Notes under the pieces: model-generated
The model's input: only the letters and a program-made list of their open reading frames with translations
Told to the model about the DNA's origin: nothing
Database searches by the model: none
Shown here: piece by piece, positions 30,103 through 39,513 of the stretch
How positions within the stretch are numbered: position 1 is the stretch's first letter
Layout of the letters: each line of letters opens with the position of its first letter
NCBI GenBank assembly: GCA_019429125.1
Contig: JAHYJO010000001.1
Span: 32,001 to 96,000 of the forward strand
Direction: 5' to 3'
Length of the DNA stretch: 64,000 nucleotides
DNA from: Nanobdellati archaeon
Lineage (GTDB): Archaea > EX4484-52 > GLR71
Translations under genes and position numbers: made by a program

Positions 30103-30930
30103 ATGTCTGTTAAAGCGTCAGATTATAGTATTGAGTATTCATTAGTTGATGGGATGCCTACTCATAATATTTTTATCCGGCTTAATGATACTTTTGCAGA
30201 TTATTTAAAAAACTCGTATTATCCTAATAATAAGGATAAGTATGATGAAATTGCATTGAATGCTATGAAAATCAATAATTGTTCTGAAGATAATATTGAT
30301 ATCATTGAAAACAAAAGTGTATGTAATTGGGAGGGTGGAGTATTAGATAATATAATGTTTCCAGTAGGCAGTGCTGTTAGTTTAGTGATTGAATATAATA
30401 CTGATTTTGGAACAATATATAGGTCACATAATGTGGATAATATTTCCAAGATGTCTGTTCTTATGACTGTCATTACAAATTATCTTTCAAATATGAGCAT
30501 GTCTTTTGAACATTTTAAGTCTGGTGAGCGAGGGAATTATAAGATTTGGTATAATATAAATGATAAGACACCCTATCATGATATTTCTGTAGAGATTTCG
30601 GATGATTTTCTAGAATCATTGAAATATTTAGATGTGAATAAAAAATATTATGATAAAATTGCTATTGATGCTATGAAAATTTGTGGCGTAGATAAAATCT
30701 TTATAGATGCTGCAGAAGTTACAGAGGTTTGTGATTGGGATGATGGGTTATTAAAACATATTATCTTGCCTTATAGGGATGCAACTGAATTGGTTCTTGA
30801 ATTTGATACACCTTATGGGAATGTTTATAAATCACATAATGTGAATGGTTACGTACAGATGGCTGTTCTTATGACAGTAATTACAAATTATTTTTCTGAT
30901 ATGGATTTGATATTATCACGTGATTTTTAG
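30103..30930 (+). CDS. Hypothetical protein with tandem duplicated domain
   Basis: Two copies of YD.IA..AMKI...VC.W..G.L..I..P...Y.SHNV...M.VLMTVITNY.S.M. Confidence 0.8.
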   Translation: MSVKASDYSIEYSLVDGMPTHNIFIRLNDTFADYLKNSYYPNNKDKYDEIALNAMKINNCSEDNIDIIENKSVCNWEGGVLDNIMFPVGSAVSLVIEYNTDFGTIYRSHNVDNISKMSVLMTVITNYLSNMSMSFEHFKSGERGNYKIWYNINDKTPYHDISVEISDDFLESLKYLDVNKKYYDKIAIDAMKICGVDKIFIDAAEVTEVCDWDDGLLKHIILPYRDATELVLEFDTPYGNVYKSHNVNGYVQMAVLMTVITNYFSDMDLILSRDF

Positions 30931-30941
30931 GGATTTATTTT

Positions 30942-31223
30942 TTATTCGTGATTGAATTTCTTTCTTATTGAAAGGATTATAAAGCCGTATTTTTCTATAT
31001 CTTCTTTTGTGTGATATTTCTCCATGTCTTTTGTGTTGAACTTGTAGAGAATCTCACAGTCTTGGGTCTTGTCTGTAAGTGTATCTGTTCCGTTTTTTTG
31101 TTCTTTCAATACTAATGTGTCGTCTTCTTTGCAATCAAAATCTGCAAGTCTTACTTCAAATCGTTTTGCGCTCTCACTAATTGCATTGAAATATTTTTAT
31201 TAAACCATTTTTTCAATTTTCAT
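30942..31223 (-). pseudogene. DUF3850/ASCH(PUA)-like protein pseudogene (not in the ORF track)
   Basis: MKIEKMV**KYFNAISESAKRFEVRLADFDCKEDDTLVLKE...IEKYGFIILSI; two consecutive TAA at codons 8-9. Confidence 0.75.
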
Positions 31224-31287
31224 AGTTTTCACTTTTATATTTATTATTTCTTATTTTGATTTGTGGTATTATCTTTATTACTTGTAA

Positions 31288-33078
31288 TTATCTACTATAT
31301 TTGTTCTTGTTCTCTAACGGTTTGAATTCTTCACCGCCTGATTCGTAGAATCTTTCAAAGAATTCCACATAGTGTAATCGCATTGAATGGACAAATGCGC
31401 TCACAACGTTTAATGCCATGTTTAAGCTGTGGCCGATAACAAAGACTAGTCCTGCAAGGATGATTGATAATTTTGCGGCTGCAGTCACACCCATGTTTAT
31501 CACGAACTGGAGCCAGGAGGTTGCAACGGCCAAGGCCATAAGACGTATGTAGGATATCCAGGATCCGAAAAATGAGGGTACTGATAATATCCCTGTTGGG
31601 CCGTCTTTTGATCTGTAGATGATGGTTGCTATTATTAATATGCATCCGATTGATTTAGGTATTCCTTGTCCTATGACTAGTATTGTTACTCCTATTTCAA
31701 GCGATACCCAGGATAGGGGGTCAAGGATATTTTTGCTTTTTGATTTTATCTTTGAATATAGGTCAAGCGCTAGGCCGAAATTTATGTGGACTAGACCTAT
31801 AGCTAAAGATACTTTTAAGATGGTTATTGGGTCGCGGAGCGCGTCAAAAACTGAGACGAAACCTAAGAAGTCACCGAATATGCTCCCGAAAATGAGACCT
31901 GCAAAAATTGTTGCGACAGAAGACACTATCATAATATAGGATAATGCTTTGAGATCTTTGTCGTCTGTCTTTAAATATGCGAAAAGCGATGCTGCAAGGA
32001 GTATGAGACCGTAGGCCATATCTGTCAACATTATCGCGAAAAATATTGGGAATGCGACGGCGATAAATATTGTGGGGTCAATGCCTTCATATTCTGGAAG
32101 GCCGAACCATCTTGTCAATTTTTCAAAAGGTTGCGCAAAATTCGGGTTTTTCAGTTTTATTGGTGGTTCTGTTTTTGGTTTTTGTGTGTATACTACTATG
32201 TTTTCTATAGTTTCAAGCTCTTTTATGTTTGTAGTGGGTATCCAGCCTCGTAAGACAAATGTCTTTTCTGTATGGTTCAATAGTTTTTCTTTTGAAAGGC
32301 GGGTTTTTATGTTTTCCCATCGCTCTTCGTAGGCTAGGATTTTGTTTTTTTCTTTTTGAATAAGTTTTTCTGATTCTTTTATTTTGAGCGTCTCTTTGTC
32401 TATGGTGTCTAGTTCTGTTTTGGTTTCTTTTATGTTATCTTTTATTGTTTTTGTTGCGTCTATTTTTTCAAGATACATGTATTTTTTAATATCAATCCAG
32501 ATCTCTTTTTTTGCTATGAATATGATATATTTCGTATCTTCTGTTTCATCTATGACCTTTAGGTCGCAGTTATCTTTTATCTTGTCAAAATCTTTTGTTT
32601 TGACTGATGCTATTGAACTTATGTATTTTTTTGTATCTGAAAATGCATTGTCTTTTATGTTGACGTGTGCGAAATGGTTTAAGAAATCTAGTTTTTTTTC
32701 TGTTGCATTTTTTTTGTCACTAAATATTTTTTCACTTTCAAGGATGTTTTTTGCATTTTTAAATAGTGGTTCTATGTATATTTTTGATACTGTTGCAAAA
32801 GCTATGTCTTCTGTTTCTGGTATTTGTATTATTTTTGTATCTTTTTTAAATATGTTCTTTTTTGTGTCAAGTACTTTTTTAATCGTTCTTATATGGTCAA
32901 GATTTATGACTGTCTCGTGTATGAGTTCTTTTGGTGTTTCTAAATTGCCTGTATTTTCCGTTTTGGTCAAGTGTATGGTGCCTAAATGTTGCAATCTTTT
33001 CAAGATATCATCTTTCTCCTTTCGTAGCCCAAGGATGTATATCTCTTCCATCTTTTCGGGTCTGAACATAAATATCAC
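31288..33078 (-). CDS. atpI: A/V-type ATP synthase subunit I (a)
   Basis: MFRPEKM, LRGWIP, IDPT, D..YG, SYIRLMAL, HSMRLHYVEFF. Confidence 0.97.
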   Translation of the reverse strand: MIFMFRPEKMEEIYILGLRKEKDDILKRLQHLGTIHLTKTENTGNLETPKELIHETVINLDHIRTIKKVLDTKKNIFKKDTKIIQIPETEDIAFATVSKIYIEPLFKNAKNILESEKIFSDKKNATEKKLDFLNHFAHVNIKDNAFSDTKKYISSIASVKTKDFDKIKDNCDLKVIDETEDTKYIIFIAKKEIWIDIKKYMYLEKIDATKTIKDNIKETKTELDTIDKETLKIKESEKLIQKEKNKILAYEERWENIKTRLSKEKLLNHTEKTFVLRGWIPTTNIKELETIENIVVYTQKPKTEPPIKLKNPNFAQPFEKLTRWFGLPEYEGIDPTIFIAVAFPIFFAIMLTDMAYGLILLAASLFAYLKTDDKDLKALSYIMIVSSVATIFAGLIFGSIFGDFLGFVSVFDALRDPITILKVSLAIGLVHINFGLALDLYSKIKSKSKNILDPLSWVSLEIGVTILVIGQGIPKSIGCILIIATIIYRSKDGPTGILSVPSFFGSWISYIRLMALAVATSWLQFVINMGVTAAAKLSIILAGLVFVIGHSLNMALNVVSAFVHSMRLHYVEFFERFYESGGEEFKPLENKNKYSR

Positions 33079-33398
33079 TTTTTATCTTCTGTGTTAAGGT
33101 ATTTTATTATGAAGGTGAGTAGTTCTTTCTTTTTGTCTTTATAGTTCTCTTCAAGTAGCCTTATGTTTTTGTCTGTCTCCTTGTTCATTGCGTGTATCTC
33201 GTTTTCAACAAGTTTCAATCGTTCTGCCTTTTCTATCTCTATCTTTGTCTTGACAGTTTTTTTGTGCTCTTTAAGTTTTTTTATATTTGTTATCTTTTCA
33301 GATTTCAATCTAAGGTTCCAGCTTTTTTCAAGGAGAGTTATGTTTTTCTCCATTTTATTTTCAGTTTCTGTGATTTTTTCTATGGTGCGCTCTATCAT
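33075..33398 (-). CDS. atpH: A/V-type ATP synthase subunit H/G (peripheral stalk)
   Basis: 107-aa charged helical protein (IEKITETE) overlapping atpI by ATGA. Confidence 0.75.
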   Translation of the reverse strand: MIERTIEKITETENKMEKNITLLEKSWNLRLKSEKITNIKKLKEHKKTVKTKIEIEKAERLKLVENEIHAMNKETDKNIRLLEENYKDKKKELLTFIIKYLNTEDKK

Positions 33399-33510
33399 AG
33401 TTCTTATTTTGGTGGCTTGTGTATATATTGGTTAATGGGTTTATTATTTTTGTGCACATCAAGATGGTAACTTATTTATACGCATGTGATAAATATGTGT
33501 TGTGTCTATT

Positions 33511-34242
33511 ATGGCTTTTTACAATGTCATATTTTACAGTGTGCTTGCTGCCATTATTACAGTAGCTTCAGCTGGTATATTTTTGCATTATAAAAAGTGG
33601 ACACGTCAAAATCTTGTATTCCTCATATCTTTTGCATCTGGGTTTTTGCTTTCTGTGGCATTTATTCATCTGATTCCTGAAGCTATTGAACTTGCAGGGA
33701 GCAATTCAATGCTTGTTCTTCTTTCGGGGTTTTTTTTGATATATTTTTTAGAGAAGACTATAATGATTCATTCATGTGTTGAGGCGGGAGAAGAGAAGTG
33801 CGATGTGCATAAGATGGGTATGGGTGCATTGATTGGGCTTTCGCTTCACTCTGTTTTTGACGGGATTGCAATCGGTGCCGGTTTTGAGGTGAGTAACACA
33901 ATTGGTCTAATTGCAGCAATCGGTGTACTGATACATAAGCTTCCTGAAGGTCTTTCGATTATGAGTGTCATGCTTGCGGCAGACTACAAGGAGAAGCAGG
34001 CTATGTTGCGCGTGGTATTGATTGCGTTCGGGACGCCAGTAGGTGCATTGATATCATATTTTTTGCTTGCTGGTATAGTGCCGTTTTTTATTGGTTATGC
34101 ACTTGCGTTCTCTGCCGGGACTTTCATATATATAGCGGCATCAGACCTTATTCCGCAGACACATGACTGCAAAAGCATAAATACGCTTGTCATGTTTGCA
34201 TTTGGGATAATTACATTGTTGTCTGTTATGGTGCTTTTTTGA
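33511..34242 (+). CDS. ZIP-family metal transporter
   Basis: HLIPEA, LHSVFDGIAIG, HKLPEG, GTFIYIAASDLIP. Confidence 0.95.
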   Translation: MAFYNVIFYSVLAAIITVASAGIFLHYKKWTRQNLVFLISFASGFLLSVAFIHLIPEAIELAGSNSMLVLLSGFFLIYFLEKTIMIHSCVEAGEEKCDVHKMGMGALIGLSLHSVFDGIAIGAGFEVSNTIGLIAAIGVLIHKLPEGLSIMSVMLAADYKEKQAMLRVVLIAFGTPVGALISYFLLAGIVPFFIGYALAFSAGTFIYIAASDLIPQTHDCKSINTLVMFAFGIITLLSVMVLF

Positions 34243-34289
34243 GAAATTGAGATGAAAAAACAAGAAAAACTGTATTTATTTTTATTTGT

Positions 34290-34460
34290 CTATTTTATAA
34301 TGCAGTTTGCGGGACAGATATCTATACAGTCGCCACAGTCTATGCATTTTTTTGCGTTAACCACAGGACCTTTGTCACCCTCAACTAAAGCGCCATGTAC
34401 ACATGTGCTGACACAGGCCATGCATTGCATACAATCATCAAGATTTATTTTTACTGCCAT
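34290..34460 (-). CDS. 2x[4Fe-4S] ferredoxin (56 aa, below the ORF-track cutoff)
   Basis: MAVKINLDDCMQCMACVSTCVHGALVEGDKGPVVNAKKCIDCGDCIDICPANCIIK; two CxxCxxCxxxC motifs. Confidence 0.95.
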   Translation of the reverse strand: MAVKINLDDCMQCMACVSTCVHGALVEGDKGPVVNAKKCIDCGDCIDICPANCIIK

Positions 34461-34827
34461 AATATTCACATCTATATTTTTATTTTATTGTTTTTGATTT
34501 ATATTTATTTATTGTTGTGATTTATATATTTTATAGTTTTGATGTTCTTTGATGTTTTGTTCTGTGGGTGTTATTTTTTTGTATTTATTGGTTGTTATTT
34601 GTTATTTATTTTTTTTATTTTTATTTTTATTTTTATTTTTAGAATCGGTATATTTGTCAGATGAACTACTAATAGATGAACCTTAATTCAGATACATTTA
34701 TATCCATTTCGTAATAAATATATTTTCCAATCAATATCCTTTTTAATCTTTCCCTACAAATATCTTTTACTTTTGGAAGTAGTTTGTATTATCTGAAATT
34801 TTATAGATTTTATATATGGTGGATTAG

Positions 34828-36828
34828 ATGGCTGGTAAAAAAAATAATGATTCTGAAGACAAGACACTTTTTGTGAGGACAAGCGATGATGACATAAGGT
34901 CATGGGATAAGATGTTTATTGTTAAGTCACTTGTTGCTGAAGTAGGTATGCCCGAACCTGACGCACTTAAAGTGGCGATTGATGTTGAGTTTTTCATTAA
35001 ACATTCTAATCTTAAATTCGTGTCGGCACCACTTGTCCGTGAGATAACAAATACCAAGCTTCTAGAGCATGGGTATGAGACTTATAGGAAAAGGTATACG
35101 CGTCTCGGTCTGCCACTAAATGACATGACTGATCTTTTTTTCAATAGTAATAAGGAAAATTCAAATGTGCATCATTCTTCTGAAGCTATAAATATGACAA
35201 TATCTGGCATTGCAAAGAAAGAGTATGCGCTTTTAAATGTGTTTTCAGATGATGTTGCGACTGCACATCAGAACGGTACGATTCATCTTCATGATCTTGA
35301 CTTTATTGATAGGCCATACTGTACTGGCAACTCTGTTGAGTACCTTAAAAAGTTCGGGCTTGTCATGGATGGTCGCGGTAACCTTACTGTCGCAAAACCT
35401 GCCAAGCATGCTGAGGTTCTGATACTTCACCTTACAAAGTTTGCGGCTGCGTTACAGGGTCAGTTTGCAGGGGCTATCGGGTGGGATGCAGTCAATCTGT
35501 TCCTTGCACCATACCTTGTGGGGATGAAAGAAGATAAGATTAAACAACTTGCGCAGATGATGATATATGAGTTTGCACAGCAGGCAGTGTCTCGAGGGGG
35601 CCAGGTGACTTTCACTGACACCAATTATTTCTGGGAAGTGCCAAAACATTTTATGGATGTGCCCGCAATAGGTCCCGGCGGTAAATTTACAGGAAACAAT
35701 TATTCTGAGTATGAAGAGGAATCACAGGCGTTTGCAAAAGCTGCATTTGAAGTGTACCTTAAAGGTGATGCATACGGCAGACCATTCTTTTTCCCTAAAC
35801 CGGACCTTCATATAACTGAGAGATTTTTCAAGACGGATAATCATAAGGAGTTCATGGATCTTGCAACTGATGTCGCTACAAAGATGGGTAATACTTATTT
35901 CATATTTGATCGTGGTGATGAAGTTAAGATATCTGAGTGTTGTAGGTTGCAATTCAAGCTTAACGAGACTGATCTTTTGGATGTGAAGCAGCCGTGGAAG
36001 ATGCGTTATTCTGCAATGCAGAACGTGACTGTCAACCTGCCAAGGGCGGCTTATTGTTCTCGTGGCAATGAAGAAGTACTTTTTGAAAAGATTTCCCAGG
36101 CTATGGAACTTGCAGCAAAGGCGCACGTGCAGAAAAAGCAGTTTATAGGTAAGATACTTGCTCTTGGTTCTTCAAGCTCTTTACCTATACTTACTATGAA
36201 TCTTGATGGTGAACCATATTATCGTTTTAATCGTGCGTCATTTTTAGTTGGTATGTTGGGTCTAAATGAGCTGGTGCAGTTCATGACTGGTAAACAGATG
36301 CATGAGACTACTGATGCTTACAAGTATGGGCTTAAGGTAATTGCTTTCATGAGAAAGAAAACGGATGAGTTAGGTAAAAAGTATGGGATACACATGCCAC
36401 TGGAACAGACACCGGCTGAGTCAACTGCATATAGGATGGCAAAACTTGACATGGAACATTATCCTATCCCTACGGCTAAAGTGGTCAAGGGGCAGATGGG
36501 GGTACCTTATATATATTATACCAACTCTACATATTTCAATATTGGTGCACCTATGTCACCTATAGACAGGGTAACAAAGGAAGGAGCATTTCATCCCATG
36601 ATTGATGCGGGCGCAATGACACATGTATGGTTAGGCGAGAGTCAATCTGATCCTCGGTCTCTTACAAATTTTGTTATGAAGACTTTCAAGAATACTCAGA
36701 ATACTCAGATTGCTTTTTCACCTGAGATTACATTCTGTAAGACATGCAACAATAAGATGACAGGGCTTAGAGATAGATGTGACAAGTGCGCAAGTGTCAA
36801 GGTTGAAGGGATAACACAATCTAAGTGA
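34828..36828 (+). CDS. nrdD: Class III anaerobic ribonucleotide reductase; C-terminal glycyl-radical motif absent
   Basis: N-terminal ATP cone, IHLHDL, PYC, FPKP, SECCRL, VNLPR, EQTPAES, YYTNS, CxxC...CxxC zinc site, then EGITQSK-stop. Confidence 0.93.
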   Translation: MAGKKNNDSEDKTLFVRTSDDDIRSWDKMFIVKSLVAEVGMPEPDALKVAIDVEFFIKHSNLKFVSAPLVREITNTKLLEHGYETYRKRYTRLGLPLNDMTDLFFNSNKENSNVHHSSEAINMTISGIAKKEYALLNVFSDDVATAHQNGTIHLHDLDFIDRPYCTGNSVEYLKKFGLVMDGRGNLTVAKPAKHAEVLILHLTKFAAALQGQFAGAIGWDAVNLFLAPYLVGMKEDKIKQLAQMMIYEFAQQAVSRGGQVTFTDTNYFWEVPKHFMDVPAIGPGGKFTGNNYSEYEEESQAFAKAAFEVYLKGDAYGRPFFFPKPDLHITERFFKTDNHKEFMDLATDVATKMGNTYFIFDRGDEVKISECCRLQFKLNETDLLDVKQPWKMRYSAMQNVTVNLPRAAYCSRGNEEVLFEKISQAMELAAKAHVQKKQFIGKILALGSSSSLPILTMNLDGEPYYRFNRASFLVGMLGLNELVQFMTGKQMHETTDAYKYGLKVIAFMRKKTDELGKKYGIHMPLEQTPAESTAYRMAKLDMEHYPIPTAKVVKGQMGVPYIYYTNSTYFNIGAPMSPIDRVTKEGAFHPMIDAGAMTHVWLGESQSDPRSLTNFVMKTFKNTQNTQIAFSPEITFCKTCNNKMTGLRDRCDKCASVKVEGITQSK

Positions 36829-36972
36829 TGTCTACTGTTAAAAAACATTATTGGTAAAGTAAAGACTGTGATATATATAATTAAAAACCTAAAATCTTTT
36901 TAAGGTGTGCATGTTATAGATAGTATAATGTAGTATTTTATTTTTATACTAAATTTAAAGAGGTAATATTGT

Positions 36973-37233
36973 ATGGAAATTAAAGTTTTCTGGCAGGCTA
37001 ACTGTCCTAATTGTGCTCCCGCAAAACAGCTTGTCCGTGATGTTGTGGGTATTATGGATATTAAAGTTAGGGAATTGGATATTTCTGATATCAACGGCAT
37101 GAGTGAAGCTGCATTCCATGCTGTTATGGGAACACCGACTACAATTGTTGTTGACTCAAATGATTCTGAGATTGCTTCTTGGAGATCACAGATTCCGTCT
37201 AAAGAGGAGCTTTTGGATGTCATCAGTAACTGA
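36973..37233 (+). CDS. Thioredoxin/NrdH-like redoxin
   Basis: CPNC active site and the cis-Pro motif GTPT. Confidence 0.9.
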   Translation: MEIKVFWQANCPNCAPAKQLVRDVVGIMDIKVRELDISDINGMSEAAFHAVMGTPTTIVVDSNDSEIASWRSQIPSKEELLDVISN

Positions 37234-37945
37234 AGAGCTTGAGATTTCTGGTTTTTTAGAGACCTCTTTTGTGGACTGGGACGGATTTATAACGTCTGTC
37301 ATTTTTTTACCTGGTTGCAATTTAAGATGTCCGTTCTGTCATAATCATGAGCTTATATTTTCTGATAAAAGTCCAGATGATATGAAGATTAATTCTCAAC
37401 TTGTGCTGGATCATTTAAAATATAAGACTAAATGGATAGATGGGCTTACTGTGACTGGGGGGGAACCTACTTTTCATATGACAACACTCGTTCCTTTTCT
37501 TGAGACTATTAAACAAATGGGTCTTAAGGTCAAGCTTGATACGAATGGTTCTAATCCATATGCGTTAAAAAAACTCATTGATATGAGTCTTGTGGATTAT
37601 TTTGCAATGGATGTAAAAACTAGGCTTAATGACTCTGAATATCATAAGGCTACTGGTGTGGATATATCTGTTGACAAGATACGGGAAAGCATAAGGTTAA
37701 TAATTAATTCTGGGGTAAATCATGAATTCAGGACTACAGTTGTTCCTACTTTAGTTTCTGTTTCGGATTTGGTATCTATTGCAAAAGATCTTAATGGTTG
37801 CAGGTTGTATGTTCTTCAAAAGTTTCATAATGAGAATGCATGGAAAGAACCTTTTAAATCATTGGTATCTTATACTGATGATGAAATGAAAGTTATGGGT
37901 GATGCAATACCTAGGTCTGTGACTGTCAAGCTGAGATTAAGGTGA
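37217..37945 (+). CDS. nrdG: Anaerobic RNR activating radical SAM enzyme
   Basis: GCNLRCPFCHN, TGGEPT, KLDTNGS, MDVK, EFRTT; GAGGAG RBS before ATG 37217. Confidence 0.93.
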   Translation: MSSVTEELEISGFLETSFVDWDGFITSVIFLPGCNLRCPFCHNHELIFSDKSPDDMKINSQLVLDHLKYKTKWIDGLTVTGGEPTFHMTTLVPFLETIKQMGLKVKLDTNGSNPYALKKLIDMSLVDYFAMDVKTRLNDSEYHKATGVDISVDKIRESIRLIINSGVNHEFRTTVVPTLVSVSDLVSIAKDLNGCRLYVLQKFHNENAWKEPFKSLVSYTDDEMKVMGDAIPRSVTVKLRLR

Positions 37946-38026
37946 TGTTTTTTGTATTTCTATTTTGTTTTTTGTAATAATTATATATGTCTGTAACTAA
38001 TAAGATATTGTTATAGTTGTTTGCTT

Positions 38027-38578
38027 ATGTATCTGGCGTATATCTTACCATTTATTGAATTGGTTGAAAGTCTGCAGCTGTCTGCAATACTTTCACAGAT
38101 ATATTTTATTATTTCAGTGCCATTTTTTAATTCAGATATATTGTGGACTGTATTTCCTTTGATTACTACAACTATTATAATTGAACTTTATTTCGGGTCG
38201 CATAAAGAAGAGTCTCTCGGGTGGAACAGTGCAACTGCAAATGGTCTTGTGCTTGTCTATGTTGGCATTAATATTGTAAAAGACCTGCTTGATTCGGGTG
38301 CATTTAATACTGATTTGTTGGGGTCTCAGATTGCTTTGGGTATACTTGGTATGGGTGGTCTTTTGGTTTTTGTAAGTTTTTTCCATATATTGCCTAAAGA
38401 GATTGCATTTTTTATATCCTCTGGGCTTGTTGTGCATTACCTTGCATTTTTAGGTGTGGTGTTCATATATACGGGTATTGTATATACTGAATTGACACTT
38501 TATGCAGCTATATTGATATTTGTGGCACTTGTTTTGTTCTTTAATATTGTAAAATATTTTGAGCCTGATTTGGACTGA
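38027..38578 (+). CDS. Conserved-looking multi-pass membrane protein
   Basis: Several TMs; ELYFGSHKEESLGWNSA..N motif. Confidence 0.75.
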   Translation: MYLAYILPFIELVESLQLSAILSQIYFIISVPFFNSDILWTVFPLITTTIIIELYFGSHKEESLGWNSATANGLVLVYVGINIVKDLLDSGAFNTDLLGSQIALGILGMGGLLVFVSFFHILPKEIAFFISSGLVVHYLAFLGVVFIYTGIVYTELTLYAAILIFVALVLFFNIVKYFEPDLD

Positions 38579-38595
38579 GAATTAATAGATGTTCT

Positions 38596-38852
38596 GTACT
38601 TGTTTAGCAAAAAAATAATAGGCATGCTACGACCATTATGATGTAACTTACATACATTATACTTTTTATAAAATCAATAGCTACAGCTTGAAAATGTGTA
38701 GTTAATTTTTGTTAAAAAATATTTACTCCTTTTTTGTAAAATCGATAGCCTGCAAGTAACGTAGAAAATTATAACTTAAAAATATTTCAACAAATAATGA
38801 CCCTATCAAAAAAATCGTAAGCAAGTAAGACAAAATTTAGCTAAACAAGTAT
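38596..38852. mobile_element. MITE family B, copy 2 (257 bp)
   Basis: Same length as and near-identical to 2306-2562; flanks gatgttct/gaggttct match 7/8 (TSD). Confidence 0.93.
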
Positions 38853-38882
38853 GAGGTTCTTATTTATAATTATTAAAAAAAG

Positions 38883-38968
38883 CGTGGGGGACGAGATTTG
38901 AACTCGTGTGAGTCGAAGACTCAGTAACTTAGCAGGCTACCGCCATGGCCGGGCTAGGCGACCCCCAC
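38883..38968 (-). tRNA. tRNA-Ser(GCT)
   Basis: Acceptor GTGGGGG/CCCCCAC, anticodon arm GTAGC-CTGCTAA-GTTAC, long variable arm TGAGTCTTCGACTCA, T arm ACGAG-TTCAAAT-CTCGT, G discriminator; CCA not encoded. Confidence 0.95.
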
Positions 38969-39128
38969 AAAAAAATATTTGTTTATCTTTTCTTTTCGAG
39001 GCAAAACTTTAAATTCTTGTTTGATTGAAATATATTTACTGAAACAACAAAACTTAATAAAGATTTATATATAATGTGTTATTAAGTATAATTAGTCAAG
39101 TATAATTAAATTATTATCTGGTGGTCAA

Positions 39129-39413
39129 ATGGTTGTAAACGAGAAAGAAATTAATAGTATCGTAGGTCTTGACACATTTACTGACAAAGGCTTCTATTGC
39201 GGAAAAGTTTCAGATGTGGAACTTGACCTTTCAAAGTTTAGAGTAAGGACAATTGTCATTGATGCCGCAAAAGGCTCATATCTTGCAAGTGTTGTGGGTA
39301 GTAAGAAAGGTGTCAAGGTGCCATTTCAGATGGTTCAGGCAGTAAATGATATTGTTATAATTAAGCATATAAAACATTCAGTACCTGATGATATGCCTGA
39401 TGATGATGAATAA
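39129..39413 (+). CDS. PRC-barrel domain protein (CdpB-like archaeal cell division protein)
   Basis: G..TFTDKG.YCGKVSDVELD, VPFQMVQAVNDIVII. Confidence 0.85.
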   Translation: MVVNEKEINSIVGLDTFTDKGFYCGKVSDVELDLSKFRVRTIVIDAAKGSYLASVVGSKKGVKVPFQMVQAVNDIVIIKHIKHSVPDDMPDDDE

Positions 39414-39454
39414 TCTTTTATTATTTTTCTATTTTTTGTGTTTTTAATTTGATT

Positions 39455-39490
<36 letters not shown>

Positions 39491-39513
39491 TTTGATTATA
39501 GTATTAATTTATT

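Noticed and set aside
17438-31223. Stop-codon reassignment as an explanation for in-frame TGA/TAA
   Set aside because: TAA, TGA and TAG all end well-conserved genes at the expected positions (nac, malic enzyme, ferredoxin); internal stops occur only in accessory ORFs
34252-34497. 81-aa plus-strand ORF
   Set aside because: Antisense shadow of the ferredoxin gene; the many other ORFs antisense to recognised genes were rejected for the same reason
36826-36903. Readthrough or frameshift restoring the NrdD C-terminus
   Set aside because: Readthrough gives CLLLKNIIGKVKTV…, and no forward frame yields an RxxGY motif
37103-37216. N-terminal extension of NrdG from the ORF track
   Set aside because: Overlaps the redoxin gene; ATG 37217 has a strong RBS and gives a normal length
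38883-38968. tRNA-anchored integrated island
   Set aside because: No integrase and no duplicate of the tRNA 3' end found in the window
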